Positions 39,901 through 52,700 of a DNA stretch of 64,000 nt are shown here, piece after piece. Origin of the DNA: Trichosphaerium sp. ATCC 40318 (taxonomy: Eukaryota; Protista; Tubulinea); contig JALMLS010000232.1 of the NCBI GenBank assembly GCA_038496445.1, forward strand, positions 208,663-272,662, given 5' to 3'. Every line of letters starts with the position of its first letter. The first letter of the stretch is position 1. A program made the position numbers and the translations under genes. The notes below the pieces were generated by a model. That model saw only the letters and a program-made list of their open reading frames with translations, was not told where the DNA came from and searched no databases.

Positions 39901-39966
39901 AGGAATTGTGATTTTGGATCTTCGAGAGGAACTTGCTGTATTTGTAAAGGGACCGTATCACATTAG
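36945..39966 (+). CDS. Large hypothetical helical protein with C-terminal PHF5-like Zn-binding triple repeat
   Basis: Continuous spliced frame. The C-terminus has three CxxCxFGSxxxxCxxC-type units, the first one abbreviated. Confidence 0.65.
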
Positions 39967-40132
39967 TCATTTTAGGAAAAAGAGCCAATGGTGAATAAAA
40001 GTTTGTTTGTTTTTATGATGTCATGGTTGAGAGTTAGTGTTTTCTGTACCTTAATCTGACAGAGTGTTTAGTCAAGTTATTGACAAGGATATCGTTCAAA
40101 GAACAAGGGATATTTTGAAGTCAACGAAGTTT

Positions 40133-41232
40133 TTACTCTTTATTTTGTTCGAAGAAATACAAAGGCAAGTTGCAATGTGGCTTGAACCCAAGTCTAGAAT
40201 AAATGCCTACAGCATTTTTCTCACCAGCTAAAGTCATCGTTTTGCGCTTCATTTCATGTGCTTGTTGGATAACATGTCTTAACATAGCTGTAGCGTATCC
40301 TTTCTTACGACAATCCTATTGAATCGTTAGATATGATGAACCATGTTTGATCTGTCATACACTTTGTGTTGCAACATCAGGAATATAACTTGAATGTTCT
40401 CCGATTAAAAGCAGTGTTGCAGTTGATACAGGCTTGTTTTCACCGTTTATATCGGCGTAGCCTATGTAATGAATACATTTACCACTCTTTGTCATCTCAG
40501 TTGACAGATCAAGCCATGCTTCTCTTGCAAATTGTGGAATTTCGAAACCATCAGCGCTTATTGTTGAAAAGGATTTAAACTCTTCTTCTGTTGATACTTT
40601 TCTTATTGCTATCTTTACTTCCTTGGACATTATTAGCATCACGTGATTACATTATCAAAATCAACGTACTCTCGTTGTTTTTTTCAGGGCAGAGCTTTGC
40701 GAGATATCTAGAAGCATGCCTTGCAAGGATTCTTAGCTTTCGTTTTGTAGTTATGGTATTGAAGGTACCTGTGTAAAACTCGACGAATGTCCAACCAAGA
40801 GTTTCCAACATTTTCTTAAATTCAGGTGTATCATAGCAACCTGCATACCATGCAAACTGAGTAGGTGCCTTCGTTGCAATAGCTGTAACTTTCTGAAAAA
40901 GAATTAGTCACGTGTAACAAAAGTAATTTTTAAACCTCAGCGACTTCTTGTGTAATATCCTCTTTATAGAGAATTGTGTTGAACATCATGAATGGTACAT
41001 CCGATTCGATGTAGTTAAATGACTCATTCTAAAAAGTTTTTAGTTATCAACATGCGTGAACAACAAATCGCAAGAAACTTCAAAATAAGTCAAAAGGAAT
41101 TAAATGGGTTGGAAAAAAACTCGGAGAATCTGTGTTGTATTTTTATACCTTAACGTATTTGATCTTATTACTACGTCCCCATAACTCCATTGAGCCCATA
41201 GCATCGCGAAGAATAATATCCTTGTTGTTCAT
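40133..41232 (-). CDS. GNAT-family acetyltransferase
   Basis: IRKVSTEEEFKSF...HYIGY..KPVSTATL...IPDVATQSDCRKKGYATAM...AVGIYSRLGF. Confidence 0.8.
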
Positions 41233-41468
41233 CCTGTGTAGAACGGAGTTTTTTGATAAATAAGTCGTCTAATGCCGTTAAGTTCATTTGAGAAAAATGG
41301 TATAATCGGCACTTGTAAAACCCCGATTGCGAAATTTCGCTAGTTTTTAAGCTATCAAAGTAGAAAATTAGCGAACGATGAAAAATGATTTGTAGTTTGC
41401 ATCAAACTTGTTCACAACGTATTTGTGTTGAAACAGTGAGTTATTGAGAGTCTTTCCAAATCGTGGAC

Positions 41469-41593
41469 TTGTTATTATGTGAAAAGGTGTCGTGTTTTTT
41501 TCTCAATAGTAACGAAAAGAAACAGGCAATAGTGCAACAATTCAAGCCCAATTTTTATACCCGTGATTGGGTTGTTATTTCTAGCACACATTG
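41469..41593 (+). ncRNA. Candidate box H/ACA snoRNA
   Basis: Hairpin 1 (TTGTTATTA/TAGTAACGA), then H box AAAGAA (41516-21). Hairpin 2 has GTGC/GCAC and AGCCCAAT/ATTGGGTT with an open pocket. ACA lies at 41588-90, 14 nt from the upper stem. Confidence 0.55.
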
Positions 41594-42102
41594 TCATACC
41601 ATTAGTCCCGTTTAGCTTGTACACTGGTGGTTTGCTTGTACCATGTATAGTGTTTAGTGTTAATACAATAGCTGTTAGGCCGTACAAGTTTGATGATTTC
41701 GATGGTTTAAATAATGCAATCACCTTGTGTTAATGCTAAACATAGTATGAATAGAGTCAAAAGCTGTTTGCTGTATGTTTTACACCACGTGTTGAATACA
41801 CTTTTTTGTTACTAGTAACAGATTCGGAGCAATTTGCAATTCAAGTGATTGTGAGTAGAAAACTGGGCTACAGCAGTAGTCGCAAAGATTGAGTATTTCC
41901 TGTTGTACTTTTGAACTCTAAACTAGACAATTAATAAGATAACTCTATGACAGAGTGAATCCTTACAAGATAAATAAACAAAACAATAGTGCACATTATC
42001 TTAAATGGTTTTAATGAAATTACATATTTACAAGCTACAACTAACACTATAGCACTATAACATATCACGCGATATTTAGTTGTAAGTGGTTATTCTAGCC
42101 AA

Positions 42103-44400
42103 TTAATTAGGTGGCTGCCTCTGGCGTTTGGTTTCTAAGAAAAAAGAACAGAGTTAGTAACAGGCGAGTAAAAAAAAATCCTTCAAACATACCTTTCCCT
42201 GTAGTCGTAGTAGGAGCCTTTCTCTTTCTACTCTGTGTAAGTGTTGGGTCAACCGGTGGATAATATTGATCAGGATTTGCAGCATTCCATAGACTTATCC
42301 AGTGATTAAGATTTTGTCCTAGAGAAGTCATATCCATCTGTCCTTGTTGTTGGTTCAAGAAGAATTGTTGCATTTGATTTTGCATGTTTTGACCTTCAAC
42401 ACCGCCCTGTGCATTCGGGTACTGGCCTGTGTAAGTATTCGGAGCAGCTTCTAGGTGAGGTATAGCATTAAAATTAATGGGTACTGGATCATCACGAGCT
42501 AGAGGTGTCCAACTAATATTTGTCTTTTTTGTTGAAGAATGCTGAGAAGTAGATGCGTTTGTTGCCACTTCTCTTTGTGGTTTGCTATCTTTTGTATTTA
42601 TATTTGTGCCTTTATCACTGTGCACTATGTTCGACCCTTTATCTGGTGCTTGGCGATTTTGAGAAGACATCGGTTGATTTTTTTGATTATTTGTGTTTTG
42701 TACATGATTTCCTTCTTGTTGTGATACCTCACCACCACTCATTTTTTTAAACCTATAAATAAAGTATGTTAACGCATGATATTAATAAATACCACACAGT
42801 CACTAATTCAGTAATTTTCGGTATGATAAAGGTGATTGTTTTGATTCTTTGGTTAAATGAAAAAAAAAAAGAAGAAAAAAATTGCACTACTCACTCATTC
42901 AGGGCATCACAAAAAGGTATTGTGATTGGATTATTTGGTTGTTGTGGTTTTGATCCACGGTGATAGTCCGATTGTAAGAAGGTAACATCAGTACGTTCAT
43001 CTATTATTCCTGATGGTATCTTTTTATTGCATAACCCAGTAAACGGTGTAAGTTGTATTATTCCGCTTTCAGACTATTTTTTACTATCAGCAGAAAGAAC
43101 AAACTTATTCGAAAAAACTTCAAAAGGAGTGGTTTTTCCTCAACACATCAATAAATCATATCCTCTGTAACCGAAATGGGTATGAACCATCGTTACAGGA
43201 AGAGTAATATTTAGGGTGTATATTAATGATGATGTGGCGAGAAAAAAGAATACTTCCAGATTGTTAGTTTGTTTCACGTGCCTTGTTTAAAAAATCTTCA
43301 AAGTGTCCTTTTATTAAACCCATGCCTGTTTTAATATTCCAGTCTACTGATTGTCCAGAATAGAAATCTTTAACATGTGCATCGAGCGTATAATCCTTTA
43401 AGAAAAAAATGAGATTTCAAAATCCAAGATACAAAAAAAAGGCTTTAGTACATTCAAAAGAGCCAAAGAAGGTGCTGCACATAAAAATTCTTTAAAGTCA
43501 TCACTGAGATCAGCAAGAGCTTGAGAAAGATGAGTAAGCGACGGTAGCTGTTGAAAGTGGTATTTTACTACGCCTGGAAAGCCATCAGAGGTATGGCGAC
43601 GCTGCAGATGTGACCAGAGCGAAGAGGTTAGGAGAAAGTTTCGTACTTGCAATTCCTTTCTTTAGGTTCTCTGGTCTTTCTTTACGTAGTGCAGAGCACT
43701 CAAGGAATAGGTTATGAAAGAATACTTTAGCGTTCGTAGATATAATGTTATTAACGATGAATTCCTCTTGTAGGGCCTGTATGAAGGCGATCAGTAAGAG
43801 ATCTAAGGCTCAAACGAAGTTTAGATGCAAGATCTCGCGTGTCTCACCTTTAAACTTTTACAATAGGCGTTAGAGTTTCCTGACCGCGCTTGCTCCAGAG
43901 CATTGAGGATCTAGGCAAATCGTTGGATGGGTGTTAAGGTTCTTGTTCTTCACCTGCTTCCTCTTGCTCTCTAAATCGCCTAGATGTCGCTTAAGCTCTC
44001 TATTGGTGTGATACAGCTTTAGCAAATCGATAAGAGCTGAATAGTGATGGCTAAGTGGAACAGTCGCTTCAGAAGTTGGCGTTTGCTGTGTTAGTAAATC
44101 CTAGATGTGCCAGCGTTGATATAATGCGTTCGTTTAGGCTTCAGTACCGAAATTTGCTTATCTTTCACATCTAGTCGTGATTGAAGCTTCTTAGCCTTTG
44201 CTTTCGCTGCTGCGATCTCCTGTCTTAATTTTTGGGCTTCTTTGTCATGCTGTAGGTGTCAATATCATTTTCTGACGTTTAAACGTAACTACCTCTATTG
44301 CAAGACTGTCTGTTTTACTTTTTATCTCCGTTGAGAAATTGATAACTTGACTGCAAAGCTCCTTTATCCTAGACCCTTCAGCCTTGTTGCGATCGCCCAT
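42103..44400 (-). CDS. Hypothetical nuclear protein (N-terminal coiled coil, Gln/Asn-rich tail, bipartite NLS)
   Basis: Spliced exons HDKEAQKLRQEIAAAKAKAKKLQSRL..., a Q/N-rich final exon, and RKRKAP...KETKRQR. Confidence 0.6.
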
Positions 44401-44528
44401 GGCAGCTCCAATAATATAATAGCACCTACAAAGCAATTTCACGTCGCAGTCAATTTTGGCCAGTTTTTTGTCTATTGCCCACAACGCTGTATCTGTAGTT
44501 TTTATATGCATTTTACGCGTTTTAAGCA

Positions 44529-46949
44529 ATGAATATCGCCTTACACGGTACAGAATTTGAATACAACCGAAATATTTTGTAGAAAGGTGCTAACACTACG
44601 TAGACTTAGCTACACGCAGTGCAATACCAGATGCCATCGAAGAAACACTGGAAGAAGGAATTTGCACCACTTTAGCTTTTAATCGTTGGGGAACGCTCCT
44701 GGCGGGTACTAAACACTAAATTGGCGTTTATGACACCTTATAGCCGGATGCAACGATGGGCGTATTGTAATTTATGATTTTGTAACCAGAGAGATTGCCA
44801 AACAACTCATAGGCCACGTACACCCTGTGACGAAAGTGAGGTTCGCCATTTTAAATTGTAGCGCGAAAATCTCCTAAATTAACGCAAATCAAGCTGGTCT
44901 AGGAACGGACATAACCTATTAACGTCTTCTATGGATTACACTGTTAAATTCTGGGATGTAATTACATGCAAAGAAAAAACTTTCAAATTTGATGCTGGCG
45001 TAATGAAAGCGTTCATACATCCTCGTGGAAAGTACGTAGCGCCGCCTTTTGTGAAGGAAATTTGTTTTTTCTTGCAACCTTTCACTTATTTCTTTCGACG
45101 TTTAGACGCGTTTTTCTTGTTTGTCCGTTTCAGGAAAAGCCTCAGCTTGTGTATGTAGATACAAATAAGAGGTTGGTACTTCCTGAAGAACCTATATACA
45201 GATCACGGAAGAAGAAAGCTCAAAATACAAAGGTAATTGAAAAGAAATTGCGGGAAGAAAAACCATCCTAATGATCCGCCTAGAAAAATTCTGCAGCTAC
45301 AGCTTTTTGGAATTATACAGGGGATAGGATATATACTGGAAATGAGAAGGGTGTTGTCACAGTCATTGACACCGATACTGTTGATGTATGTAAATTTGGC
45401 ATACTACAAGAAGTGTCTTTTATTATTTTTATTTTTCTTCATGTGTTTGCTGTTAACGTACTCTCAAGGTTATTACATCTTTTAATGTACCTGCACCAGT
45501 ACTTGATATGGTATTTAGTAGAGATAGAAGACAGTACTTGATCTCAACAACGGATAGAGTAAGGAAGATTTATTACGATTTTTTTGATTCTGTTTTTTTT
45601 TGAACTTAAAATGCCAGAAATCAAATCAAACGGCCGCTATTGTGAAATCTCTTTGTAATTCTATTTGTTGATTTTTATGTTTACGTATTTTAGGTGATTA
45701 GGTTACACAATACAGATGATAACTCAATGTTACATGAATTTACTGATTCAATAAATAAGATACAATGGAAAGCATGTGCTTTCTCTGCAGATAGAGAACA
45801 CGTTATAGGAGGTACATAAATATTTGTAACTGTTATATAGTAACCAACGTTTGTTATCATGTTTGTTCCTGTCATTTTCCATCAAGGCCTTTTTAAACCA
45901 GAGTTTGCGAATAAGAAAATTTCGGTTAACGAAAACTACTTTTTTTGTCGGATTTTTTTTTCTAAGAGCACTTTTTTCTAGGCTCAGCAGAAAAGGCAGA
46001 ACATAAGATTTATATGTGGAATAGAACATTTGGTAATATTGCAAAAATGCTTGAAGGTCCAAAAGAAGGAATTATCGATATGGTTGTACGTTAACGTCTA
46101 TTTTGTTGGTTTTTTTTTTGAACAAATATCTCAATTTTTTCTTAATTTTGAATAGTGGCATCCTACGCGACCTATTATTGCGTCAGCATCGGCTTCTACT
46201 GGTGTTATTTATATATGGAATGCTCATTATAAAGAAAATTGGAGCGCTTTTGCTCCTGGGTTTGAAGAACTTGAAGATAATGCTGAGTACCTTGAAAAGG
46301 AAGATGAGTATGATAAAGTACGTCTTCTTGTTGCAGTGCTATAGAATTCTAACCACAACTAACTCACCATATAAATTAAATAATATGGACCTATGGTCAT
46401 AGCCATCATCGTCACTAAAAGAGCTGTACCTCTTTTTGTCAACGGGACAGTCTTTTTTTTTTGGGTCTTTTCTTTGATACAACAGTGATGAACTGACTTG
46501 TACTTTTAGAAGCAAAATACCGCCAAAAAACAAGGTGAAGAAGAAAGTGATAATGAAGAGCTTGATGTAGATATACTAACAATTGAGAAAAACCCAGAAC
46601 TATCCTCTGAAGGAGAGGATGACTTGAGTTATATTCCGGTAATTTATTTTTTTCGTTATGTTTAACAATTAATGCTGAGTACTCTTTTTGTCTAGGTAGC
46701 TCCAGTACCAGATATTTATAACGAAAAAAGTACGTACATATATTAAATTTATTATCTTATTCAATAACTTAGGAATGTTGTCTCCTTTGGTGTTAAAACG
46801 GAAACGAAAAGAAACTCAAACAAAACCTGTAAAACGAACAAAAAAGTGCGTGAGCTCTGAGTTTTTTTTTTGACAGACTGGTCGTCTGTCTTCACTATGT
46901 TACTTGTTACATCTAATTCTTATGCCATAGAGTAACCAAAGAAACTTAA
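44529..46949 (+). CDS. RBBP5: COMPASS WD40 subunit RBBP5/Swd1
   Basis: LAFNRWGTLLAAGCNDGRIVIYDF..., QWKACAFSAD, LEGPKE, WHPTRPIIAS, ENWSAFAPGFEELEDNAEYLEKEDEYD. Confidence 0.92.
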
Positions 46950-47541
46950 TAACCAAACAATAAGATTGTACATTTAAGTGTAGCGGTGTATCAGAAAAAA
47001 AAAGAAGTCGATGAGTTTTTCATCGTTCAAACTGTTCTTAACCAATGTTCCACTGTTTATAAAATACGCTATATTTCCACGTTCATATTATATTTAGCTC
47101 TAAGGGCTAAATGGATTGGTGATTGTTCTATGGGACAAACAAACAATGACAACGTTCTTTTAATGATAATTTGTTTTGTTGTCTTTGCACCTCTCACTGC
47201 ACGTGATACCATATTCTGAAGTTTCACAATCCAGAAACTGATTAGGTAATCATGTGATACACTCGACGGACTTCCACAGTACACTGAGGTGTCTCCCTGG
47301 GCAAGTAAAAACTAGAACTCAACGATTAGGTATTCCATTTTTGAAACACCTCAACGTCCATTTTCGCAACTAAGAGTAATGCATACATACTACGACGCGA
47401 AGGCAAACTTGCTGGTGGGTAATATATGCTCCTTGGCTTTCGTGGCTTGAATTCCGCTTTACTTTCCGAAAATTCTCTGAATGCCAAACTAAGTCGCCCG
47501 CTTTAATTCTTGTTAGCCTACACCTCACTAGATCTCACCAC

Positions 47542-48392
47542 ATGTCCACCATCAATGTTTACCCTTCTAAAACAAAGCGCGCGCTAGAGTTAAAACAATT
47601 TGGTAAGCTATAACGGTAAAATATAGTGAAATTCGTCTTGTTATACCAAAACAACGTTATTTAACCGATTTTTTTTGCTTTTTGTATTTTCTCTTGAATT
47701 ATTTTTATAAACTGGCCAAATCGACTAAAAAGTATTACCAAACTCTTTCCCACGCGAAAAAACCATATATTCGACGTATTACGAGTTTTGGCGCAAAAAT
47801 ACTTGTAAAATCCGCAGAATTATTCCGCCGTCTCTTACATGCCCTAGAACAGCATAAAACACCATTAAATATACTATCATTGCCTTTTGAGATCCAAATA
47901 GCCATCTGCGAGCAAGATCAGGAAGTTTTTTCAAAATTCCACGTGCTTTCTAGAAAAGCAGCTACAAATACTCATTATACAAGTAATTTAAAAAAAAGAG
48001 GAACTTGGATTATTTGGAGACCTACAGGAGAGATTTTTGAAAAAACTGAGTTTTCTAAAGGAAAACGTGAAGGAAAGAGTAAATTTTGGCGTCGTTCTGG
48101 TTTGCTTCTAAAAGAATGTTGCTATACCAAAGATGAACTTGATGGTATTTATCAGACTTATGATTATACTGGTAATATCGAGGAACAATGTTTTTATAAG
48201 AGAGGTAAATTAGATGGTGAACACAAGGCATGGAGGAATGGTGTCTTGAAGAAAAAAAGTTTTTATAAAGAAGGTAAACAACTTGGATTTAAAGGATGGA
48301 GAAATGATGGTGAAGTACTTGGTGGTGCTTGTGAGAGTGGTCGACAAACTGCTAAAGGTTTTAGATCTGTAGCAGAGCTATGTGCTATGTAG
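47542..48392 (+). CDS. F-box-like plus MORN-variant (YwqK-like) repeat protein
   Basis: A short ATG exon at 47542 splices in frame (intron about 47603-47817) to ELFRRLL...ILSLPFEIQIAIC. Repeats follow: GKREGKSKFW..SG, ELDGIYQTY..TG, GKLDGEHKAW.NG. Confidence 0.75.
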
Positions 48393-48664
48393 TATTTTTT
48401 TTTACAAAACAACAAATAAAAAGAAAAAAAAAAATAGCATAAAACGAGAAAGTTTTTTTTTTTACTCGCCTGTTATCAGGATATGTATTTCGCAAAATGT
48501 TCTTCTATTCATGCCTCAAAATGCACTATGAAGTGTACCACGTTGGCATGTTTGTATAGAGTAAAACCAGTCGAGGACTTAGCGTTGATTGTTCTTTTTT
48601 CTTTTCGAAGATTTGAGAAATCGTGATCGTTTTGTTAAATTCTGTACATGATTATTTATTGTTT

Positions 48665-50259
48665 TTAATACATTGGTGATCCCATTGGAACAGCTTGAGG
48701 ACCAGGTTGGTTTACACTGACATTGATTTCATGTCCTTTCTGTGAACCAGCACCGCGGCAAAAATAAACGCCCATAATGGTAGCTAGAACACCTATGATC
48801 ACCAAGAGTATTGTAATGACGATAAGAGCGATTGCCCATGATGCCAAACCACTTGGTGGAGCGCCTACAGCAGCTGCTATTGTCGTTGGTTCAAGAGTAG
48901 GAGCATCTGTTGGTGGTAGTGTCGTTTCCAGAGGGTCTACAGGTGGCTCTGTTGTTGGAGGTAGTGTTGTTGGTGGATTTGTTGTAGGTGGAGTTGTCGT
49001 TGGAGGTTGTGTTGTAGGAGGTAGAGTAGGAGGCGGAAGCAATGATGAGATAGAGACACCAGCAAGTAAGGATTCGTCTGAAGCGAATGAAACATGCATA
49101 AATCCAACAATGTTAGATGTATCAGCAGCGATAACGAGATCGTCTGTTATTCTTGTTCCAGTAAAAAGATCAACGTCATCTGTTATTTCAAGTGTACTAC
49201 AAGAAAAGAATGAGAAAAGAAAGGAATAAAAAGAAACCAAAAGAAAGGATAGTCGTACGTTTCATCTAGTTTTGCGAACTTGTATTGTTTTTCAGTTCCT
49301 AATTGGTCGTATGCAAGTACGTATACACCTTCGAATACCGAGAATGTACCAAATGGAGTATCTGTCAAGATACTAGAGTCCAATAGCTGTACCTCTGATC
49401 CAGCGATACCAGCTCCGTCGACTTTACGAGCAGCAATTGGATTTCCTTTCCAAAGAACGAGAAACTCTTCTTTTGTTCCATGAGATATCACATTGGGTCT
49501 GGTTCCTGCTCCGAAACTTACTTCAAAGTCATTTATCCTTCCACTGTCGATGATGTGACTTCCTTGTATATTATCTGCTTTCGTTTGCCAAACAGCAAAG
49601 AAACTTTTGGTAAATGTGTTGTAAGCTATTCTTGATCGCACTTGCCATTCGATATCATTGAAAATAGATACTCTGAATTGAGGAGATACATCACCAGTTA
49701 CAGGGTCAACTGATGCTCCGAATATAGCGTATTCTTTTTCTCTGAGTACGATATCTTGAGTGGCCCATATTACCATGTATTTGTTTGTATCACTATTGAA
49801 GGCGGCACTTGGTTTTGCGTTTTGGCTACTTGTTGATGATTGACTTATTGGAAATGTTGGTTTGATAATTAACCCGTTTTGATCAAGAAGGATTCCTCTT
49901 ACTCTTGTGGTTTGGCTTCCTCGCGATCTGAAGTAGTACAAGTACGATCCTGTACCAGTACCGACAATATCTGGAGATATTGGTACGTCCGCACCCAAAG
50001 AGAGAAAGAAAACATCAGTCAAAGCAGTGCCGTTTGGATCGTAGAATCTCGCTCTGAATAGATTGAATGTTCCTGAAGAGTCTCGTCCAGTTATTTTCCA
50101 TGTTACCAAGTATCTGTTGGTGACTGCATCGAAAGCTACACCTTTTTCTTTGACCTCATTGAATCCAACTGGATCTATCACGTTGAATTGCCTCACAGTT
50201 CCGAAAGATAGTACAGAAGGAAGAAGGCAGAGAAACAAGATGTACAGTAAAAGTGTCAT
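48665..50259 (-). CDS. Type I surface protein, copy A (intact): signal, beta-propeller-like repeats, Pro/Thr stalk, TM, short tail
   Basis: Two exons joined in frame by an intron at 49197-49258. Repeats VAFDAVTNRYLVTW / AAFNSDTNKYMVIW / IAYNTFTKSFFAVWQ; (PPTT)n stalk; TM followed by YFCR. Confidence 0.8.
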
Positions 50260-50782
50260 TAAACTACTAACTTTAGATTAGAATGATTATACGTTATTAG
50301 ATCTATGGCTTACGTTGTTGTGTTCATTGTGTTGGGGATTATTAATTGTTCTCTCAAACTTTATGAAGCTTGTGAACTATTCTCTAAATTTATCCGGATC
50401 ACGTGAACTTGTTTTGGAGAATGGAAGAATAAGGAGAATATTGGATCGTCATATCTCGCTTTCAAAAATACTGTAAAAACAGCTAGTTAACTACAAAGCA
50501 ATAATAAGCTGCGGGTTTTGAGTTTTCCCGTCTCACAAATTGTGTTAAGTGGCGTTGTACGCTCGCTCCACACTCGAAGTTTAAACGCCAGTATTCGCTT
50601 CAGTACCTAACATTTGCTTTGGGTACGCCATGTTTTCACGAAAACCCACGTGATTTTGTACTTATTAAAGTTCACACAATTTTTTCACGAAGCACCACGA
50701 GATACCTTTTCTTGGTAAGGAAGGATATGTTGCCTGTTTGACGTTTCATACAAGTTTTATTGTGTTATTTCTATTATACATT

Positions 50783-52284
50783 CTAGTTGTAGTACGGACG
50801 AGGTGGTATTGCTTCAAGAGGTGTTCCTACAGGAACACTCTGATGTGACGGTCCTTGAGGTTCTCCTTGAGGTATTCCTTGGTGTACGTTGACGTTAACC
50901 TCAGTTCCTTTGTCTCCACCACAACGGAAATAAGCACCAGCAATCATTGCTAAAACAACAAGAATAAAAACTAATACAGCTACTACGATAATAGCGATTG
51001 CCCATGATGCCAAACCACTCGGTGGAGCGTCTACAGCTTCTGCTATTGTTGTTGGTTCAAGAGTAGGAGCCTCTGTTGATGGTAGTGTCGTGGGAGGTTG
51101 AGTTGTAGGTGCTTCAGGTGTTGGCGGAATAGTAGTCGGAGGTTGAGTGCTCGGTGAAGGAATAAATGGATCAATAGATACGCCAGCGAGTGCTGATTCA
51201 GTTTGAGCGAATGAAACAGGCATAAATCCAACAATGTTAGATGTATCAGCAGCGATAACGAGATCGTCTGTTATTCTTGTTCCAGTAAAAATACTAACAT
51301 CATCTATTGTTTCAAGTGTACTACAAGAAAGAGTAAGAAAAAGATTAAAATAAAGCCATACGTTTCATTTACTGTTGTAAACTTATAGTGTCTTTCGCCA
51401 TTGTGTTGTTCATATGCAAGCACATATACGCCTTCGAATACAACGAATGCACTAAATGGAGTATCTGTCGAGATGCTAGAATCCAATACCTGTACCTCTT
51501 CCTTTCCAAAGAACAAGAAACTCTTGTTTTGTTCCGTGAGATATCACATTGAGTCTGGTTCCTGCTCCTACGCTTACTTCAAAATCCTTTATCCTTCTGC
51601 TTTCTATGATATGACTTCCTTGTATATTGTCTGCTTTCGTTTGCCAAACAGCAAAGAACTTTTTGGTGAATGTGTTGTAAGCTATTCTTGCGATTCAATA
51701 TCATTGAAAACAGAAACTCTGAATTGAGGAGGTACATCGCCAGTTACAGGGTCAACTGATGCTCCAAATATACCAAAATCCCTATCATTACCAACGACTT
51801 CTTTAGAAGCACACACTACCATATATTTATTTGTATCGCTGTTGAAGGCAGCACTTGGGTTTGCGTTCTCGCTTTCATCAGAAGATTGACTTATTGGAAA
51901 AATACGAGCTGGACTATGTACTCCGTTTTCATCAAGTAGCATTCCACTTACTTATTGAATCAAATATTTGTGTTCTGAAGTAGTACATATAAGATCCTGA
52001 TCCAGTACCAATAATATCAGGTGTTACGTTGTCTATCTTGCAAGAGAGGAAAGTCTTCAGTCACAGCAGTTCCATTTATCTTGCTGCAGAAAATGTAAAT
52101 GCTATACTGTTAGACTCTGTTCCAGAGACTTCATATGTTACCAAGTATCTCTCAGTAACAGCATCGTAAGCTATTCCCTGCTCAACGTTATCAAAGTCAA
52201 GTGGATCTATAACATTGAATTGTCTGACATCTCCAACAGATAGTACAGAAGGAAGAAGGCAGAGATGTACAGTAAAAGGGTCAT
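50783..52284 (-). pseudogene. Surface protein copy B, disrupted
   Basis: Homologous to copy A. It has a 7-nt deletion in the signal peptide, further frameshifts, and loss of the NPIAARKV segment. The stalk/TM part of the last exon is open. Confidence 0.75.
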
Positions 52285-52447
52285 TGTGTTGAAGAGGATA
52301 TGTACAATTGTTTTAAGTGTTACGTACGTTGTTGTGGTCATTGTAGGTGTTTATGTAAATGCATTAAGTTGCTAACGACAAAAAGTTTTTTTTCAAAAAA
52401 AAAACAATGCTAAGCATCGAGTACCGATATAAAACAGATGTCACTAC

Positions 52448-52700
52448 GGGACAACTAAAATGCAGCAAAAAAATGCGAATTTTCGACTTTGTGAGTGCTG
52501 TGTCTACTTTAATTAGTAAGATAGCTCTGCCACGCTGTATAGCGTTAGGAATGATTTCAGGTCTCATGAATATTCGGTTCACGTGAAATCAATGATTTAC
52601 TTTTCGCGAGCGTGTTGTCATACCCCACGTGTTTAACATGGTACCAGTACTAATTGTCGTGTACGACTGCCATACAGTGGCGTGTTTACGGTAGTGTTTA
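52448..52700. repeat. Non-coding inverted repeat, left copy (partner about 55840-56095)
   Basis: Near-identical reverse complement, e.g. TTTCAGGTCTCATGAATATTCGGTTCAC...TTTTCGCGAGCGTGTTGTCATAC. Confidence 0.9.

Noticed and set aside
41603-41876. RNase P/MRP RNA (AGTCCCG with AAAACTGGGCTAC resembles P4)
   Set aside because: The GAA of CR-I is missing and no P1-P3 arrangement could be built.
47069-47553. Small minus-strand spliced gene
   Set aside because: Its only ATG exon overlaps the start of the MORN gene, and there is no recognisable motif.
48777-49229. Antisense Val/Gly-rich ORFs (also 59155-59589 and 25819-26085)
   Set aside because: Shadows of Pro/Thr-rich stalk codons on the opposite strand.
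50701-50730. Short matches to U4atac (CCTTTTCTTGG) and U12 (GTAAGGAA)
   Set aside because: Flanking conserved sequence and structure are absent; likely chance.
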